The notes below the pieces were generated by a model. It was given only the letters and a program-made list of their open reading frames with translations. It was not told where the DNA came from and did no database searches. Positions 59,730 to 64,000 of a stretch of 64,000 nt of DNA are shown piece by piece. A program made the position numbers and the translations under genes. The stretch lies in assembly GCA_965215265.1 (NCBI GenBank), contig OZ244048.1:1183121-1247120 (forward strand), written 5' to 3'. This DNA is from Candidatus Poribacteria bacterium (GTDB lineage Bacteria > Poribacteria > WGA-4E > WGA-3G). How positions within the stretch are numbered: the stretch's first letter is position 1; every line of letters starts with the position of its first letter.

Positions 59730-60281
59730 CAGAGACCTCAGAAGAGATTAATAGCATGTTAAGGTAATGAGCCGCCTCGCACGCCGTGGGTGTAGAACGA
59801 TCTAATGTCCTGAGAAGGCTGACTCTTAACTATAAGTTTCAGGTGTTGCTCCCAATTATAAAAAATTTGGTAAGAATTGTCAATAAAAAATCATTATGAA
59901 GGATTAAAAAATTAAGTGGGTAATAATCGGACATAGTGTAGGAATACCTTGTAGCCATCTTCAAACAGCGTAGTCATGAAATCTCGTCTACCGGGTCTGG
60001 AAAGAAGAAAAAAAAGCGGGCCTGCAAGATGCGCCTCCAAGCATCCGGATAGGAGCCCGCGCTTCCATGTAGGTGGCCCCCGAATCAGCGGCGAACACGC
60101 GTAGGGCATTCATTGGGTATGTATCGTGATAAGGAAAGCGCTCCTACAATCACCGTCCAACAATTTGTGGTAACAGGAGGCCTAGTCCAAATCAGTGGTG
60201 AATGCACGCATGGCATTCACTAGGGCAAAGGGAGATGGAGTGAAAAAACAAGACGAATTTGAGAGCCAATTAGGAAAATTA

Positions 60282-61835
60282 CTATTGACTTTGAATGACA
60301 ACAGCGGTTTGAATGACTTGTTTGCTGTCTTTGGATTGCAGGCCTGGGCGGAGGATTTCAATAATAGTGCCGGATTCAAACTCGCTCTTTTTTATGCCGC
60401 TGAGTTTATGATGTCGGGTAGAGACTTGGGTTTCTCCAATCTCAATGGGCATCAATTCATAGTCGAGGATTTCAAGGAACCAGTTAAGTCGATTCGGCAT
60501 CGGATCTGGATGAACGCATTTGGCGACATTAAGGAACAGTATGTCCCGGATGAATTCAACAAGGAACTTTTTAAAAGTAAGGAGCTCGATTTTTTGCGCG
60601 TGGCTTTTGTCAAGTTCCGCCAGTTTCATTGAGAATTCCTGGATCTCGGTATTACATTCTGACCTAATTTTCTCTAAGTCGTGTTCATTCTCAGCGATTC
60701 TATTTACGGCAGAGAGCGTTGGCGAAGGAACAGACACACCTCTTGTCTGTTTAAGGGTCTGTCTGAGAGCATCTTCTATATCAGTGAGAATTTCCGGAAG
60801 TTCAGCGTTTTTAACAGTTTCTTTTTCGGCTTCTTTCCGCCACGCGCTGAGTTCGTTCACCATGAGATTAAGTAGGAAAACGACGGTCTCCTCTTGGGTG
60901 AGAGTGTCAGAATCCCAATTTTCAAGAGTGAGACCGTATCCGTCTGCGTAATCCTTTTCGAGTTTGGCAACCCGGTCTTGAAATTCGTTTTGGATGCGCT
61001 CGCCTTCTTCTCGATAGTAAACTTTGTTACGTTTGCTACCGCCGACAAGCCCGAGTTTTCCTAAAATGCCTTTTTGCGTATTTCTGGGTTTGGAGGCAGT
61101 TCCAACGTATCGCTGCACTTTTGCCTTGTGCCGTGCTGCAATGGCACTTTTCGGTAGCGTCGGAATACTGATTTTAAATCCGAAGTTGGATTCCGGTAAT
61201 TGCCTGAATGGTTTGACTGGCACGTTTGCAGATGTGCCCGGTTCCATTCTATTTAAGTCTGTCTGTTGCGGTACTTCTTTTTCTGCGGCGGGTGTGTCTT
61301 CGTCGTCGGACGCTTCTTCCGCTGATATTGTGGGTGGTGCGGTTTCTCCGAGTTGTGTGGTTGATTCTGGAGTGATCTCACTTTCTGTTGCAATAGCTGC
61401 GTTTTCTGTGACTACTGCGTCTTGTTGGTTTGGCGTGGTATCTGTGCGCGCTTCGTCTAATAGTTTTTCTGCCTTTGATTCCATTGGCGTAAAGGGTTCA
61501 GGGCTGCGTTCCTCGAGCACGAATTCGTCTTTAAGTCGTTCTAATTCTTCAAGGATTTTTTCAATGGGCGTTGAAATCGGATTGTACTTGTCGACGAAAA
61601 AAGTTAAGCGGTATGCTTCCATGACATCTCTGGGCATCACAGCGGACTGTTTCTCATCGGAGAGTTGAAAATCTGTCCAATTGGCACGCCCGCTAATCGG
61701 TCTGCGTTGATACATGACGCGTACTTGTCTTTCTGCCGCAGCGAGATTTTCGAGGCTCATAATGATCCGTGGGCCCCTGTAGGCAAAGGAGACTTCAATG
61801 TCTCGAAAACGCCCGGTTATGCTATTTGCTGCCAT
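60282..61835 (-). CDS. Protein with C-terminal GrpE-like nucleotide-exchange domain and long N-terminal extension
   Basis: The C-terminal ~150 aa follow the GrpE helix plus beta-sandwich pattern (LVEFIRDILFLNVA...GTIIEILRPGL...). The N-terminal ~350 aa are acidic and low-complexity with no match. Confidence 0.45.
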   Translation of the reverse strand: MAANSITGRFRDIEVSFAYRGPRIIMSLENLAAAERQVRVMYQRRPISGRANWTDFQLSDEKQSAVMPRDVMEAYRLTFFVDKYNPISTPIEKILEELERLKDEFVLEERSPEPFTPMESKAEKLLDEARTDTTPNQQDAVVTENAAIATESEITPESTTQLGETAPPTISAEEASDDEDTPAAEKEVPQQTDLNRMEPGTSANVPVKPFRQLPESNFGFKISIPTLPKSAIAARHKAKVQRYVGTASKPRNTQKGILGKLGLVGGSKRNKVYYREEGERIQNEFQDRVAKLEKDYADGYGLTLENWDSDTLTQEETVVFLLNLMVNELSAWRKEAEKETVKNAELPEILTDIEDALRQTLKQTRGVSVPSPTLSAVNRIAENEHDLEKIRSECNTEIQEFSMKLAELDKSHAQKIELLTFKKFLVEFIRDILFLNVAKCVHPDPMPNRLNWFLEILDYELMPIEIGETQVSTRHHKLSGIKKSEFESGTIIEILRPGLQSKDSKQVIQTAVVIQSQ

Positions 61836-62281
61836 CTTCAGTTTTCTCCTTAGCGCGTTAACTTATACTTACAATTCGGGAGTTTGCTCCCACAAAATTT
61901 CATACTGATATATTGTCTAATTTAACGTTTTTCGTCGGATTGGGTTACAAAAATGGAGTGAATACTAAATTTATTTGATGTAGTATATACTACTGTGCTT
62001 TAGTGGATGAGAGGCTGCCGTGTGCTATATACAGTCTTCGTCGTATCACAATTTATTGTGTGTCTTTATAAACGGCGGAGTCCGATGGTGAAGAAGGCAC
62101 TTATGATTGGGAGCTCGCTCCACGAAAGGGATAGTTGACATAGATACCGCGTTACGGGCCAGTAGACAGGTGATAACTCGTCCTCCTACAATGCCTTTTT
62201 TATCTCTGTGGTGTCTTTTATCAGATGGAAGGTAGATGGGTGAATAAATTTCCGTTTCTACCGGGACAGAACGCTTGCTAT

Positions 62282-64000
62282 TCACCTCTGGATGAACATT
62301 TTCCGTGTTGCGCTGTAACCGCCGGCTTCAATGGAGTAGAAGTAGACTCCGCTTGCGACGGGTTCGCCTATGGTGTTTCGTCCGTCCCAGTAGGCAGTAT
62401 GTGCCCCCGGTCGTTGATTGCTAATTATCTCAAGATGGACGCGTCTGCCTTGTGCATCATAAATTGAGAGAGTGACGTGTGCCGCTGTGGCGAGCTGGTA
62501 CGGAATCCACGTCTCAGGATTGAAAGGGTTCGGGAAATTCTGTCCGAGGTGGTTAATTTTGTTGTAAGTGCGGTCTTGCCAATCGATTTCCGTGTCAATG
62601 CTCGTCTCCTCCGTAAATTCTACAGAGAGGGCGAAACGGTGTGGATGCACCTGGAAAATGCGGAGTTGATACAGATCAGCGACGTAGAGCGTGTTTTCTA
62701 TCAGTTTGAATTCATACGGGAATCGGAGTTGGTTAAACTGGGAGATAGCGGTAAGGGTGCGGGTATCAACAACCTGCAGGCTCTCTTTATCTAATAGATA
62801 GAGGTGTTCTCCTTGTATCTGTGCCTGAATTGGGAGGGCGTTAGTTGCGTATTGGTTTATTTGCTTGAGTTTGCGCGGTTCCGTGACATCGAGCACAATA
62901 ACGCCGACGCGGCTATCTAAAAGGTAGGCGCGTTCCGGAGCAACGGAGACCCCGATGGCATTGCCTTGGGTGGTGTAAGTGGCGATGTGCTGTGGTGTTG
63001 GGGGGCGAGTCGTGTCGAAGATGTGCATGCCGCCTTCCAATGCAGCGACGTATGCCTGATTTTCAGCGTTAAGGGTGATGCGGTAGGCGCTTCCTCGCGC
63101 GGTGTGCTGAGACACAAGGCGGCTCTGCTGTGGAACTCGGATGTCCACGACTGTGAGGGTGCCAGTGCAGAGGTAGGCGTATCCGTCGACAAGTGCGATA
63201 TCAGTAACGGGATTGGCAGTCGGAATGTAGCTCAGAATTTTGTTTTCGAGAATATCAACGATGAACATGCCGTTATCGGCGGCAACGTATCCGAGTCCGT
63301 TCCGGACGCGAATGGTGGCAGCCGTGGCAGGGATGAGCAGTGTACGCGTTACGATGCCTTCATAAGGAGTTGTGAATTCGACGGTTTTTATACCGCCTGC
63401 CCCGATTGCGATGTGGGCGGTGCGCTGTTGTGCTTGAACGACATCGAGTCCGTATGCTATGCCGCTTGATGCGTATCTGTTCATCCAGATTGGGGCATGA
63501 GGTATCCGAGTATCAATTGTCTGGATGCCGCCCTTTCCATCAGCGATGTAAGTGAAGTCATTCCAACGTGCTACGTCATTTGCATTTCCAGAGGTAGGTT
63601 GTGAGGAGATGCGCCTAGGTTGTTGTGCATCCCGCACGTCAATGATCTGAAGTCCTGCGTGCTGGTCAGTGAGGTAAACTGTCTGGTTATGCAACTGAAT
63701 TCCGGTTGCAATGCCGGGGGTGTTTAAGTGTGAAAGGATTCTGGGTTGTTGTGGATTGGCGATGTTGAGAATGCGTAGATTCCCACCTGCGATGTAACCG
63801 TAAAACGCGTCCACCTTAAAATCGTGTACGAAAACGGGAGTAATGCTTCGGGTGACGAAGTTGCCAAATGGGCTTGGATCTAAGATGTGCAGTCCTTGGG
63901 CGAGATCGCTGATGTAGACAGTGTTGTCTTTGATAGCAACGTTGATAGGGGTTCCGGCTGTTTTAAAGAAACGTCGGGGGCGAGGGGTTCCGATGTTCTC
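62282..64000 (-). CDS. LVIVD-repeat beta-propeller protein with T9SS C-terminal sorting domain (5' partial)
   Basis: C-terminal NFPNPFNPETWIPYQL...SGVYFYSIEAGG...KMFIQR matches the Por_Secre_tail signature. Multiple G(L/M)xIxD(V/T)xxPxxP repeats. The reading frame stays open to the window end. Confidence 0.8.
   Translation of the reverse strand, partial: ENIGTPRPRRFFKTAGTPINVAIKDNTVYISDLAQGLHILDPSPFGNFVTRSITPVFVHDFKVDAFYGYIAGGNLRILNIANPQQPRILSHLNTPGIATGIQLHNQTVYLTDQHAGLQIIDVRDAQQPRRISSQPTSGNANDVARWNDFTYIADGKGGIQTIDTRIPHAPIWMNRYASSGIAYGLDVVQAQQRTAHIAIGAGGIKTVEFTTPYEGIVTRTLLIPATAATIRVRNGLGYVAADNGMFIVDILENKILSYIPTANPVTDIALVDGYAYLCTGTLTVVDIRVPQQSRLVSQHTARGSAYRITLNAENQAYVAALEGGMHIFDTTRPPTPQHIATYTTQGNAIGVSVAPERAYLLDSRVGVIVLDVTEPRKLKQINQYATNALPIQAQIQGEHLYLLDKESLQVVDTRTLTAISQFNQLRFPYEFKLIENTLYVADLYQLRIFQVHPHRFALSVEFTEETSIDTEIDWQDRTYNKINHLGQNFPNPFNPETWIPYQLATAAHVTLSIYDAQGRRVHLEIISNQRPGAHTAYWDGRNTIGEPVASGVYFYSIEAGGYSATRKMFIQR

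Noticed and set aside
60195-60632. 145-aa plus-strand ORF
   Set aside because: It lies antisense to the part of 60282-61835 that carries the recognisable GrpE-like domain. It has no homology of its own.
1-64000. CRISPR arrays, rRNA genes, prophage structural genes
   Set aside because: No regularly spaced direct repeats with unique spacers, no rRNA-like conserved stretches, and no capsid, terminase or portal-like ORFs were seen.

Overview
This 64 kb window is bacterial chromosome, roughly 50% GC and densely coding. Its markers point to a lineage with a type IX secretion system: a partial cargo protein with a T9SS C-terminal sorting domain, a GldA/GldF/GldG-like ABC trio followed by a DUF4340 gene, and a PorV/UPF0164-like outer-membrane protein. 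Housekeeping genes present are groEL (no groES in the window), rqcH, hflX, smpB followed by the tmRNA gene ssrA, tRNA-Leu(CAA), an MscS channel, MFS and SLC12-like transporters, glycoside hydrolases and an M24 peptidase. Four accessory features stand out. (1) A type III restriction-modification locus has one res gene followed by two tandem mod alleles. The alleles share near-identical 5' and 3' modules but carry different central target-recognition regions. Each is interrupted by a poly-G tract (9 and 8 G), so both are out of frame, which looks like a phase-variable, recombination-ready methyltransferase arrangement. (2) Downstream of smpB-ssrA lies an accessory block: a PH-like protein, an NfeD/YqiJ-like protein plus a flotillin-like partner, a DUF151 nuclease, a tightly coupled type II methyltransferase plus a low-GC PD-ExK endonuclease candidate, and a tandemly duplicated two-gene cassette. 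The cassette pairs a small secreted Cys-rich protein with a TM-anchored protein, with an ATGA overlap between them. Its roughly 250 bp junction is conserved between the two copies while the rest has diverged completely. A secreted Gly/Ser-rich Cys-domain protein follows. (3) A family of mosaic palindromic intergenic repeats recurs at least seven times, including a conserved RBS-bearing leader directly upstream of three start codons. (4) A cluster encodes a vWA protein with two N-terminal TM helices, a DUF4159 protein and a 1197-aa membrane-anchored coiled-coil protein. No CRISPR array or rRNA was found.
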